Of a stretch of 64,000 bases of DNA, positions 24,673 through 38,100 are shown piece by piece. A program made the translations under genes and the position numbers. The stretch is taken from NCBI RefSeq assembly GCF_006345805.1, contig NC_043016.1:4464001-4528000 (forward strand), read 5' to 3'. The notes under the pieces are model-generated. The model saw only the letters and a list, made by a program, of their open reading frames with translations. It was not told the origin of the DNA and did not search any database. The first letter of the stretch is position 1. Each line of letters begins with the position of its first letter. The DNA is from Octopus sinensis. Lineage: Eukaryota.

Positions 24673-25436
24673 AATAACAACAACAACAACACTAACAACA
24701 TCAACAAGAACATCATACAGCTACTACCACCACCAATACAACCACCTGTGTTTTTCTGCCATTCCATGCAGGACGTCCGTCTTTACTGACACATGACGTA
24801 TGTAATTATCCACCAATAAAATTTTGGCAGTATTTTACTAATTAGGACCCCTTCGCTTCTTTACACCCTCACTCAAGTGTTTCCGCTTCTAAGGTACATA
24901 GTGGGAGGACAGATGGCTATGTCAGATGTATTTGTTTGTTGGTTTGCTATGTTTACCCATCGGAAAATCTTTCCTTCTTTTTCATTTAGTTTTTTTTTTT
25001 CTTTTGCGCTGAGAGAGGGGGAGGGGGAGGGAGAGGAGACAGGCAGACAGAGACGCACCCTTACTAAGAAAATGAGATTCCCGTTGTTGTTGCTGCTGTT
25101 GCTGTTGTTGATGCTGTTGACTTCGCAGACTGTTCTGACCCAGCTGACCTGTCCTGACCTACGATCAAGGCCATTCCAGCTATATTCAAACCTTTCTTTT
25201 TTTTTTTTTTGGTGGTGGGTGGGAGTCTCACTTAAGATCTAGTGTACCTTACATATTACTATTGAACATATCTCATTTTTAACTTGGCAAATACAACTGT
25301 CGGAAAATTTGGTTTGCTAGCACGTTGGATGACTGCGTAGAGGTTCCTTCTTCGATTCAATGTGGCTTTCGCTTAATGTTGTCTACGTTGGTGTTCTAAA
25401 TAAAACTAATGTTCACGTTATATTTGTTATTATTGG

Positions 25437-25720
25437 CGAACTGGCAGGATGGCCAGCACGCCGGGCAAAATGCCTTGTAGTATTTTAAGGCAGTGAGCTG
25501 GCAGAAACGTTAACACGCCGGGCGAAGTGCGTAGCCGTATTTCGTCTGCCGTTACGTTCTGAGTGCAAATTCCGCCGAGGTCGACTTTGCCTTTCATCCT
25601 TTCGGGGTCGATAAATCAAGTACCAGTTACGCACTGGGGTCGATGTAATCGACTTAATCTGTTTGTCTCTCCTTGTTTGTCCCCTCTGTGTGTAGCCCCT
25701 TGTGGGTAGTAAGGAAATAT
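25437..25720 (+). mobile_element. Family A SINE preceded by a partial duplicate head
   Basis: High similarity to 52141-52380. An extra ggcgaactggcagg...cacgccgggc head lies at 25437-25490. Confidence 0.88.
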
Positions 25721-26200
25721 ATATTTGTTATTGTTAATGAGTTTTCTTTGGGTGTGTGTGTTTTTCTTTGTTAATCCGTCACAAAAATCACAAGCAGCAG
25801 CAACACCTTTACCATAATTGTCCCTACCTCTAATACCACTACTAACACCACCACCACCACCTCCATCTTAGCTATCACTATCACCACCACCACTATCGTT
25901 ACTACTATTATACGTTCCCCCCACTCTAACTACTACCCCGCACCTTCTTTATACAACTGGCAGATTCGGTAAGATGTGATGGAACACACATAGCTTGCGG
26001 TGTGTAGATCTGTGTTCAAATCACGCCGAGATCGACTTGGCCTTTCATCTTTCTGGAATCAATAACATACAAACTAATCAAGTAATTAGAGCAATTAAGT
26101 AAATTACACTCTCCTCATCAAGATTAGTGACATTGTATTTAACTTTCACATAGGAATTCCAACCTATTATGGTTGACGTTGACGGATTTAGTGCGTTTGT

Positions 26201-26408
<208 letters not shown>

Positions 26409-26639
26409 CACTGTCCTTGTTATATACGAAAGACAGCACGACCTTTTTAGGCTCTCCCAGGCAAGCGAGAATAATGCGCAGCCTGAATAGCCAACAAGTA
26501 AAACACGAGTGGCCAGCTAAGGAAGCGAAGTGTACTTGGTTCACTAAAATACTCATCTGAACCAAGTGATGGAGTTAAACTGAATTTCATGCGGCAACAA
26601 AACAACCCTCGTAAAATATTAGTGTAATCACACAACATG

Positions 26640-26790
26640 GAACAATCATTAGCATACCGGGCAAAATGTTTAGCGAGATCGACTGAGTCTTTTATCCTTT
26701 CAGGGTTGATAGAATAAGTACCAGCTGAGCACTGGGGTTGGTGTAATCGACTTATTCCTTCCTACTAAATTGCTGGTTTTCTGCCAAAGT
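26640..26790 (+). mobile_element. Family A SINE, internally deleted
   Basis: Contains cattagcataccgggcaaaatg, tttatcctttcagggttgatagaataagtaccag and ggtgtaatcgactt. Confidence 0.72.
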
Positions 26791-26879
26791 TTGAAACCAA
26801 TATGGTATTATGACTTGTATGATATTATAAACTGTGTGATAATACAGTCAGTAATTAGAGTCTGTTTTGTTTTCAGTAA

Positions 26880-27062
26880 GTTCGGGGAAGGGAATGAGTC
26901 AATTACATGGACTTCAGTGCTCAACTGGTACTTATTTTATCGACCCTGAAAGGATGAAAGTAAAACTTGACGCTGGAGGAATTTGAACTCAGAACGAAAA
27001 GACGGACGAAAATACCACTAAACATTTTGCCCCTAACGATTCTGCCAGCACGCCGCCTTAAA
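26880..27062 (-). mobile_element. Family A SINE
   Basis: Contains aatttgaactcagaacg and aacgattctgccagcacgccgcctt (reverse complement of the head). Confidence 0.82.
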
Positions 27063-27258
27063 GGCAATGAAATATTGCACTGAGGTGCTATCGTCGGTTT
27101 GATATTAAAATATGACATTATAAGGATATGACATTATAAGGATAAAACTAATTGGAAAAGGATGCGTGGTGTTCGATCATATAATAATATAAATAATACA
27201 TAAATATATGCATATGTATATATATATATGTACACAGATACACACACAGACACACACC

Positions 27259-27342
<84 letters not shown>

Positions 27343-27344
27343 TA

Positions 27345-27373
<29 letters not shown>

Positions 27374-27375
<2 letters not shown>

Positions 27376-28110
27376 GCATGTTGCTAAGTTGGCAATGAAA
27401 TGTAGGCGGCTGACCGGATGGATTCTTAGAGCTTTTAGAACAAGAGACCAGGAAACCATGATGGTCCTCTGGAGGACACTTGTCCTAAGCCACTTTGACT
27501 ATTGCTCTCAGCTATGGTCACCAACCAGTGTCAAATTAATCACAGAACTTGAGGCTATCCAACGAAGCTACACGAAGAAGATAGCCTCTGCGCAGCATAT
27601 AAGCTATTGGGAAAGACTCAAGAGATTAAGACTCTATTCCTTAAAGCGTAGGCGAGAAAGATTTGCCATAATATACAACTGGAAGATCCTGGAAGGACTT
27701 GTCCCAAACTTTGGCATCGAGAGTTACACAAATACTAGAACTGGGCGCCACTGCATAGTGCCAAGGACTCCAAATTTGCCATCAAGATGTAGGACAAGAT
27801 GCTGTGATAGCCTGGGTTTCAGAGGTCCACATCTTTTCAATATCCTCCCGAAGGACCTGAGAGACCTGCATGGGGTGGAAGCAGATGTCTTTAAAATGAA
27901 ACTGGATCTCTTCCTGTCAGGTGTCCCAGATGAACCAACTTCACGGCAGGAGGTGCAGATGAGGACAGCTGCATCAAACTCTCTCATCCACCAAATGTTA
28001 ATTGCTAAAAAAGCATTCGTGAAGTAAAATCATATAGCAACACCGAATAACGGTGCCCCAGCATGGTCACAGCTCGTGAGCTGAAACTAGATAAAATGAA
28101 AATGAAAATG
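27374..28110 (+). mobile_element. CR1-group LINE, 5'-truncated: uninterrupted C-terminal ORF2 segment plus 3' UTR, inserted in (TA)n
   Basis: ORF 27374-28027 contains [34 protein letters not shown] and GPHLFNILP...FKMKLDLFL. Has an (AAAATG)n tail. The exact clade within CR1/L2/Crack is unresolved. Confidence 0.85.
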
Positions 28111-28141
28111 AAAATGAAAAATGATATATATATATATATAT

Positions 28142-28345
28142 TACGGAGATGTACTTGCATAGCGAGTGACTTGATCTGAGATCGTGTGCTGGAACGAAAA
28201 CAATTGCAGCGTGGAAGGTATTTATAAGCCATATAAGAAACACACAAAAACCGTTAGATTCACTTAAACATTTAAATTTAATTTGTCAAAATATTTTCCT
28301 CGCTTTCAGACCGCGACCTCTTCACTGACAAAACTTCGTGCTCTG
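28142..28345 (-). mobile_element. Short Penelope-like/retrozyme-type repeat ending at (TA)n, with a degenerate hammerhead-like fold
   Basis: Minus strand of 28282-28333 reads tttgtca-GTGAAGA-G-GTCGC(ggtctgaaa)GCGAG-GAAA-ATATTT-tgacaaa, with a perfect 7-bp stem I. Confidence 0.45.
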
Positions 28346-28899
28346 AGAAAGTAACAGTTAGTTCGTGATATATATATGTACGTATGTATGTGGTCAATAC
28401 AAAGGCAGGCATAAAGTTTTGGGGTTTACATATAATGAAATGATAAAGTAATTAAATAAGTAAGCTTTTTTAGAGGCCTCATGTAACTTCCTGACTAGCT
28501 CCGCCTCTGCTCTGTTTCTTTCTACTGCTAGTCTTTAGCTAAACCTTATCGCTTCTATTCTAATCGCCCTTTTTAGGGCGAACCACTACTTATTACCATC
28601 ATATAAGTGAGAACATCGTTTCGAATCTCGTGAATTATTGTTAAATTTTATTGCTTTCAATGAAGTTATTTAGTATTTTTGTTGCTCCACCTTATTAGTA
28701 AAACAGCCAACATCTTCTCAGGATAATTGGCTCTGTTAAATTTCGAGGCGAAACTTGTGTGATATTTTCTTAAATTCTACTCATTAAAAAAGAAAAGAAA
28801 AGAAAAGAAAAAAAGCTAAAATAAAATCTAGTGTCGAACTTTTCACCAAATAGTCAAGGGAGTGGAATCAGAGATTTGAGAAGCTGTTTTCTCACCGAC

Positions 28900-31075
28900 A
28901 TCCCACCTTTACAACATAGCATCTCATCTCCACTATCACTGCCACCATCAATGGTGACTGAGGCATCAAAAACAAAAATAACGTGAATAAGGCAAATGAA
29001 AGGAACAACAGAAATAACTGAAAAACCTCAACCACGGAAACAACAGCAAAATGTGACCATAAAAAAAAAACCGAAATCCAATTATCTAGCCAATGTACAA
29101 ACATGTTCTACCGTCGCTGCGACCAACACCGTTAAAGCTAACACAAAATACGACAACGCGACAACTTGCAAATCTAGCATTTGCGGGTTCACCGTGAAAA
29201 TAAATATGATTTATTCTTTGAAATATTGCCAAATGCAAGTAGATGAAACGTCGCAATCAGTTTATATGAATCCTCCTGGCACCAAACAGTGGAATTGTGG
29301 AATGTAAAACCTGAGCGGCAGAAGTAGAGCAGGCGACACAATAACAAATCACTGTATCTATTTTGTCTGTGTCTGCGTTTGGCTCCTACCAACGCTTGAC
29401 AACCGGTGTTGGTTTTACCGTCTTGTAACTTAACGATTCGACAAAAGTTACTGATTAAATAAGTACCAGACTTTAACCGATTTCTTCCCTCACCAGAAAG
29501 AAAAGAACGGTACTGTCGAGATAAGATTTCCTACAGAGGTTCCGGCCAGAAACACCGTGTAACAACCTTTATCTCAACCTTTCTTGGCTGTGGGGTAGTT
29601 AAAATAAAGATATTTAACGTACCACCAAAATTAAACATCTTCTGTTTGGTGGCAGCTGTCCTTTTTGATATAGATGTTAAAACCACCAATCAATAAGTTC
29701 AGAGGCTACAGAACACAAATTGGTCGAGCCTAGTGATGGAGCTATTGATCCAACAAGATCACAAAAGCATGAAACCTATCTTGAATCTGATTAGCCTGTT
29801 AGACGGAATAAAACTATACATGGCAATTGAGGGCAGAAACAAAAGCATCTAAAACAGCAGAAAACACACCGACATCAAAGACCACCGTATCGCAGACAGC
29901 AGCAATAAAAACAGCAACAGAAAACACTAAAACAACAACAGTTATACCAACAACATCACAAAACACACTTAGTAATGACCCTGTCCAGCTCACACCACAT
30001 AGACACCTCATGTTGCGAAGGTGACGGGGTGGAAACCAAAAGGCCAACATTAACAAAAGAAAAATATGGGAACAAAAGTTGCCTAATAGAAAACTGGGCG
30101 ATACAAATAAATGGGGAAAATGCCTTCAAATAACAATGTACTAACACCAACCGGAACAGTAGTTACAACTGCATTACCAAGATCATTATCTCCACCACTG
30201 CTATCACAGACACCATTACCAAATTCATACACTCACCAACAATCATCATACAACATGAACAGAAAAGAAGAAATCATTAACTGCATAGCTACAAAAGCTA
30301 ATAAAACACCAGTGAACTACATGCATTAAAATAAAAATATCCCACACTATAACAACATCACATTAAGTAATAGCATTCCACCATATATAAAAATTATTCA
30401 AATTTCACAACAGATATACCATTTACAAAAAATAGATAGTCCAAAGAAGTGGGATCTTCCACGGGAAATATGAACAAAAGATTATATAAAGTACCTCTCG
30501 TGAGAAGAAGAGATAACCTGAAGAAAGAAGCACCTGTCCTACCAAAGGAATAAATTAAGTAATTCCTTTCTTATTCCTTCTTGACAAATATAGCTGTACT
30601 CAGAACAGGCAGTGTGAATGTACATAGCCTTGAATCATCTGGAAAGCAGGACCTCATGCAAAATGACCTCGGGTCCCGAGTTATAGATGCAATGGTCATC
30701 AGCGAGACCAGATTTTCTTATCCACATCTCTTCATGCCCATTTCCAAGGGATACGAGATTTGCGGCGGATAGGAAGCAGAGCTGTTCGGTACAGACCATC
30801 TTACCAATTTACCAGAAGGTAAGCTAGTGGTCTTGGATGTGCGCAGTAGCGAAGGGATAACTTCAGACTAGCAGCAGCTTATGCACAGACAGAGACGCAA
30901 CGCTCGATTTCTTCCTGTGTCTGGAGGTTTATCTGGGAACATCATTTTGTTTAGTTCTAGTGGGAGACTGGAATGCAATGTCGAATGCACGCTCGGATTT
31001 TGTGGATATAGCTGACAGGAGAAGGAGCGAAAGCCCCGCAAAACAGCTCAGACGTTTATACAATTATTACAATGA
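28900..31075 (+). mobile_element. L1/Tx1-type LINE, 5' part (ORF1-like region plus APE endonuclease), decayed
   Basis: 30581-31000 encodes GSVNVHSLESSGKQ..DAMVISETR, KLVVLDV and VGDWNA. These parallel 36190-36600. The upstream boundary is uncertain. Confidence 0.7.
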
Positions 31076-31077
31076 AG

Positions 31078-31290
31078 TCAGCAAACTGACAGAATCGTTT
31101 AAGCGTCGAACAAAACGATTAGTGTCTTTCTCCCAGTTCTTTACGTTCTGAATTCAAATTCCAGCAAGGTCTACTTTACCATTCTCCCTTTCGAGGTTGA
31201 TACAATAAGAACACAATGCAGTCGATGTAATCGATTACCCCCTCCCCTAAGATTTCAAACCCTGTGCTTATTATAGTAGAAGGGATTATT
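31078..31290 (+). mobile_element. Family A SINE, diverged
   Basis: Contains acgttctgaattcaaattcc, gtcgatgtaatcgat and the tail agtagaagggattatt. Confidence 0.72.
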
Positions 31291-31359
31291 ACCGTTGTTT
31301 TATTGTTATTGTTGTTGTTTTTGCTATTATTGTTGTTGTTGTCGTCGTCGTCGTCGTCG

Positions 31360-31391
<32 letters not shown>

Positions 31392-31418
31392 CTTCTTCTT
31401 CTTCTTCTTCTTCTTCTT

Positions 31419-31449
<31 letters not shown>

Positions 31450-33419
31450 TACTAATGACAGTGAATAGTAGAATCAGTAGAATCTCAAACAAAATTGGAA
31501 AAACATTCACACCGAATTATTCGAGGCTTTGATAGTTCTAAAGAGAAATTGGCAGAAGCCAAATTCGTAGATCTGTTTTTTATTCTTGTTAGAATAATTT
31601 GAGATGACAGTGATAGTCTATATTTGCAAGAGTAATTGTGTAAAAGAAAAAAAATTACTTTGGGGCAGATGTAAAAGAGCCTTCTTTGTTCTCACCGTAA
31701 ACTAAAGTAACTAACAGTTTTGATTATAATGTAGACTGTAATATGTTGCAAGCAAAATAAAATGTAATAGAAAACGAAGAAAAATATTTCAACAAATAAC
31801 TATAAAAATATGGATTTATACAAGATTTTCTGTTTTCTTAAATACCACGGACTGAAATAAAATTCTGTCTTTGATTTTTGTAAAATATTTACCACCACTT
31901 TTTGAATGTTATCACTGTTATTGCTACAGAGAAAAATAAACTAGAAAAAATCTACAAAACAATTTTATGCAAAAGAAACAGAAGTAAAAAAAAAAAAAAA
32001 AGTCAAAGCGCTAGAAAATTATCATAAAAACTGTCACGTGTGCAGTGTTGTGCAAACTGATTTTGAAGACATCACGATGAACTGTAAGATGTAAATATCT
32101 TTACATCTTAAATATTGATTTCTTTCTGAATCAAAAACTGTATTCATTTATTTCTATGTATTTTTATTTTTTCTTGCGTGTGTGTGAGAATGAGAGAGAG
32201 AGAGGGGGGGGAGAGTGAGAGAGAGAGTGAGTGAGTTTGTTCGTAAAGTTTGTCTCTAGCAAAGGAATTGCCCTTCTGTCGTAATGTATAGTTTTTCAAG
32301 AAAAGTTAGTGAAGCTCGTGTATTATTTCAAATGGTAAATCACCACAAGAAAATGGTTACAACAGAATACGCCTTGTAAATATTGGACGTGCGGTGTTCA
32401 ATTTCTACCGAAGCAGAATAATTTCCATTCTTCATGGGTCAATATAATACATGGCAGTTGCCAATTGGGGTACATTTAACCAGCTGTTCCCTTTTGTTAA
32501 TATGAACGCCAAAACGAGGTCGATTTTACTATTCATTATACTGAGGGTAGCTAAAACGAGGGTTAGTCATTTACTGATAACGATATAATGCACCTATCCT
32601 ACTCGTATATTTTGTAACCTTGTGCCAATATAAGAAAACATTCTTATGATTATAAGCTATCACTATGAAAAACTGTTGCCTTCTTTACTTTGCTTCTACG
32701 TATATAAATTACATTCTATATTTTTGCATGGATAATTTGGTAGAAACGTTTTGTGTCAAAAATCCCCTCCCATTTCTGCTGTGTCAACTTTTCATCTTTT
32801 TATGGCCTTCTATGATGTTGGCATATTTTTGTTTCTTTTTTTTTTTATAGTATTGGCCATTTTGATTACCAGCTCACAAATACTCATCTTCGTCGTAAGC
32901 GTACAAATAATCACCTTTGGTTGTAATCTCACAAATGGTCATCTTCAGTCTGTTCTTGTTATTTGATATTCCTGTTTCCAGAAAACGCTTTCATCTCTCA
33001 TTTGGAATATTATTTAGTAAAAGATCGAAGCGTGACTTTGTCGCTACATTACAAAACAAAACTATTTTTTGTTATCACAACAGAATACTCAAAGTCTAAT
33101 AATAAAAATTCATACATGACTAATACCAAAATAAGATATTAATAAAGAAAACTGCACATATTGGAGAAAAACAAGCAAAAAAAAAAATTTTTTTAAATAA
33201 ACAAAACAATCGTCCCAAGAAACGCATGACTCGAAATTGAGACATCTGGAAAATTGAATGCGGTACAGAATCAAAAACTTCCAACTAGTAGCTGAATAGT
33301 AAGTGGAGATTGTTAAGTAATTAAACATAATGTCTGTAAATATTCAGATATAATACATATTGAGGTATGGCACATTTTGAACTTTCATACACTGGATGCG
33401 ATGTCAACAGAAGAGCGGT

Positions 33420-34615
33420 GAAATAAGCATACTCCAGAAATGGACCCAGACAATGACAAAATAACAATATTTTGAGACATGCCAATCTATACAGTCAATC
33501 GAGAATATTCAGTGTTAATTGGACGGATATTGTTATCAAAGGGGAACTTTCCACCACCAGCTTTAATAGAAGAAAATGCATTTCTAAAAGAAATGAGAAA
33601 GCAATAGAAATATGAAGAACTGGAAATAGATACTTGAAACCTGATAGAAAATTCATACACGACCTCTCTTTCCTGAACTTATAGAAAAACGTAGCGAAGA
33701 AAATAGTGTTACTAAGCAAAGCTTTCTACATATATCACAGAGAAAGATTTCAATGTAACATACAATACAAAACAAAAACAAAGCACTCGTTTGTACAGTA
33801 TCATGCAGTAAGAATTCTTTCAATTATGGGAACAAATCCTGCAATTTCGGTGGAGAAAACTACTCGATTAGATCAATCCCAAACCTCGAGTGGCAGCATT
33901 TAACCTCCGAACGTAAAGAACTAGATGAAACGCCACAAAGTATTTTGACTGAAAAACTTAAAGAGGAAAAGAACACAAAGAAAAAGAAACAGCATGTAAG
34001 TAGAAAAAAGGGGACAATCAGTTTGCAGGAGACGGGAACATCAAGACAGATACAGAATATAGATGGATATGGATGAGGTGGAGTAACGTTAAGATAGCAA
34101 CAGAAGCACTCATATGCACAGCCCAAGAACAAGTGTTAAGGACTAAGTATGTGAAGTACAGAATAGACAACACTACCGACAGCGATAACCACAGAATGTT
34201 TGGTGAGAGGGTAAAACGGAATAGCACATCGTTAGCGCATGCCCGAAATTAGCACAACGCGGATACAAAAGACGACATGACAATGTGACAAGAATGATCC
34301 ATTGGAAGCTCTGTGGAAACCATGGCCTGCAAAGAGCAAAGACGTGGTAGGAGCAAACCCCAGAAGAAGTTAACGAGAACGAAAATTGCCAAATCCTGTG
34401 CGATACAATGATTTAGTGCGGTTACCTGACCTGACATCGGAAATCGGATATTGTCGTAGTGAAAAGAGAAAAAAAGAAGGAACATGCACGATAATCGACG
34501 GAGCATGTCCCGGTGACAACAGGATCAAAGAGAAAGAAGAAGAAAAATTGAAGAATTATGACGATTTGAAGTGGGAAATATGAAGGTTGTGGTCAATGAA
34601 GAGAGGAGACGTGAA
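33420..34615 (+). mobile_element. R4/Dong remnant with large internal deletions
   Basis: Contains RHDNVTRMIHWKLCG, ENENCQILCD and IIDGACPGDNRIKEKEEEKLKNYDDLKWEI. The upstream part resembles the N-terminal region. Confidence 0.72.
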
Positions 34616-34629
34616 TCCCAATATACTAT

Positions 34630-35154
34630 GAATCCCAATATACTCATATTGACTACCGGTCTGATAAGGGTATACCAGGCACATGCATCACAACCATATG
34701 TGCGCGACATGGTGATCTCATATCAAGATAAACAGCACATGACCTTGCAGGTGGGGCCCAGTTAGAATTTTCTTCAGGTTGAGTAGCCCATCCCACTCAA
34801 AATGTTTCTGAATAAGGGATGTTTAAGGATGATGAACGAAACGCATATATTTCTAGAGGTGAATTACTGAAAACCCCAAAGAATCCCTCTCAACACATGG
34901 CTATGATGCTCCCCCACTACTTCTGCTCGTGATCAGAGATGCACATATCGTCAGCCACTAAGGGACATGCTCAACCGGTTAAGGTCAAAGAACTGACAAG
35001 CAAATCTGTGGTTTTGAGCAGAATATTTGCTGTAGCCCATCTTTTATACCAAGACAAAACGCTGTACATGACAACACTTCCACTCAGTTATGATCAGAAG
35101 CCACTGCCAGATAATGCATTAAAGCATGGTCACTGCTAGTTAGTACATCAAGGC
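34630..35154 (-). mobile_element. Family X SINE-like element, 3' terminus missing
   Basis: Reverse-complement homology to 2439-2950. Confidence 0.85.
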
Positions 35155-38100
35155 AGTGAACTTGCTCAGTTGTGAAGTAAACAATATTGAAAGCAACTGC
35201 AGCGAAGGGTCTAACAAAAGTGGAGTTAGCGGCAGGAAAGAGACTTTTGAAAATGTCACGGCAGCCAAGGAATTCGTTAATATCTCATTGGAGAACAAAA
35301 TAGAAAAACTAAACAAAGTAGAAAAATATATGAAAATGAATAGAAGTAGTGCAGAATTGACGCCTCCAAGCGACATGCTGGAAGCAACAACCAAACGGAG
35401 AGTTGCACTACAAACCACGAGTCAATAAAAAGAAGAAGAACAACAACAACAGAAAGGCAAGGGAAAAGTAATTGAACCCAAGGAGACAAAACAGGCAAGT
35501 GTTACAATAAAGGTGGTAGTGTGAGTAGCACCAGCAGCAAAGGCGGAAGCTACAGCAGCAGGAGCCATAATAACAACTACAAGATTACCAGATCAAGCAA
35601 CACTGAAAGAAAACATCCAAGACACGGACTCTTCCACGCATCCAAGTGAGGATTGGGGGAAGCTCAAAAGGCAAAAAAAAAAAACAAAAAAAGGAAGAGA
35701 CACAGAAAAAAAGGGAGAAATCCAAGAAACGGCAAACACAGACACACTGATGACAGCACCAACACTACAAACCCCACAATCACAAACACCCATAACAATA
35801 AAAAGAAATGCAATAAATTTAAAAAAGGAAAATGTTGCTACATCAACAAGAGCAACAACAACCATCGGCGCAGCATCGGAATTTCATGTTAGTGAGGAAG
35901 GCCAATGAAAAACTGATGGCTTTCGTAACACAAAACGAGAACATTGAAATAGAGGAAATGATCTGCAGCCTCAACACTTTTAGAGTACCAGCACAGCCTA
36001 ATGATGGCGCGAATGATATTAGCGACTTATAACATTGGATCTCCCAGTGTAATGGTCAGCAATGGCTTTTAAGGGGACTCCCAGAAGAGCCCAACAAAAC
36101 AGAGAGGGTGGGAGAACCACTCGACCACAAACAGCACCAGGAGGATAGGTGTCACACCCTTTTTCCTTTCCTTACTTCCTGGCCAGCATGGGTTCTATAA
36201 CTCTACGTAGCCTGGGGTCGTCCTAGAAGCAAGGATGCTTGCGCAACGACCTCAGACGGCTAAGTCTGGATGTAATAGACGTCAGTGAGGCCAGGATCGA
36301 TGACTTTGTGATTTTCGCATCTTTTAGTCGACTGGGAATGGGGGTTGGGGTGATAGTGTTGTTCTGAAAAGGTCCGGATTTCGAGAAACGGTTGGTCTTC
36401 CTGGACCCGAAAGGTAAGTCGATGGGCCTGGACATGAACGATGACGAAGGCAGTGCTTTTAGACTGGTCGTAGTGTACGCACCGATTGTTCTTCAGACGC
36501 CTGGAGGTCTTTCCAAGGACGTCTCGTTCTTTAGTGTTTGTGGGCGATTGGAACGCCATTTTGAATGCACGTGTGGATTGGATGGGGCTAGTGGGTAGGA
36601 AAGCGGGAGTGTGCAAGCCTCACAAACCTGCTCAGCCGTTTCCAGCTGGCGGACAGGTTCAGACTGGATATCCCGAATACTCTAGTGTGGATATGAGCAA
36701 ATAGTGTCGGTTCATCCAGATCTTATCTAGATATGGTATTTTGTAGGCTAGCAGATAGGAATAACATAGGTTGTCCACAATCTGAATTCATCAACAACAC
36801 AGACCACAAATTTGTGATCTTTACGATTGACAGTTGGCCTATTTAGGCTTCATAAGCAGGGATCCTGATACTGGATTCTGAACGTGTCCTTCCTGGTAAG
36901 TCAAGCTTTCAGAGACGGGCTTAACAAGTTAGTCCATCGAAAGCTGACGGGTGCAGTCGTCAACAACCAATGTGGGGAGGGGAGCGGGTGATTAGAGGAG
37001 AAGCTGTAGAATTTAGCAGAGGACAAGCGTTAGAGAAGACTAGAGTAGAAGGAGACCTAGTTGGAAAATTAGAAGAGGCACTCAGCAGAGGCATAGTGAC
37101 CGAGGTGCTGGCGGCAAGATTGGTTCTGAACCAATTCTTCAACACCAAGTATAAAGGTTGTACTGTTAGAGCTAGGGCACGTGCTCTAAAGCGGGAGGGA
37201 AAGAAACCCGTTCGATGGGCCAGGATGACCGAGGCGCAACATGGTAATAAAACTACAATTCGGTCTTTGAGGGGTCGGGACAGGTGCATGCTACATGAGT
37301 CGAAGCAGATATGTGAGGAATTTCAGCGGCATTTTGCCGAACTGTACGGGCACGCGGTGACCCGGAGGCGGAGGTGATTTTCTCTTTCTACCTTGATGGT
37401 ATGCCATGGCTTTCAGCCAGAGACATGGAGTTCTGCAAAATGCCGATAACAGCGTTGGTTAGTTGTACGAGTGAGATTGGATGGTCTGCTCTCCGAGCTT
37501 TATATACTATGTCAGACGCGTTTCGTGAGCTTTTTGGGAGACCTCTTCTGCGACTGACAACAGAATGGGAGAATACCAGGATCTGTGGGCTGAGGTATGT
37601 GACGCTAGAGAGAAAGGATCCGAACAAGAGAGACATTGCTGATACTTTTAGGCCGGTAGCTCAGCTAAATACAGATTACAAAATCTTGGCCAAGGTGTTA
37701 GCTAAAAGGTTGGCGCTTGTCACTGAGAGACTGGTGGGTGGTGCGTAGACTTGCGCTATCCCCAGCAGAACTATACACAACAACCTCCACCACACGCGAT
37801 ACATCATAGAGAGTGTTTTTAAAGAACCTGGCATAGGTCAGACCCTGATCCATTTGGATCAAAAGAAAGCCTTTGATAGGGTCGATCATCTGTACTTGGA
37901 GGCTGTCCTCGAAGCGGCTGGTTTCAGTCCCGTTTTGAGTGGCTGGGTCGTTGCAATGTACAACGACATCTGTTCGGTGGTCACAGTAAATGGCCACCTC
38001 CCGGAATCGTTTAGTATTGCACTTTCGGTCCGTCAAAGATGCCCACTCTCACTCCTTCTCTACGCACTGATACTCGAGCCATTACTGCGGAAGCTGGAAG

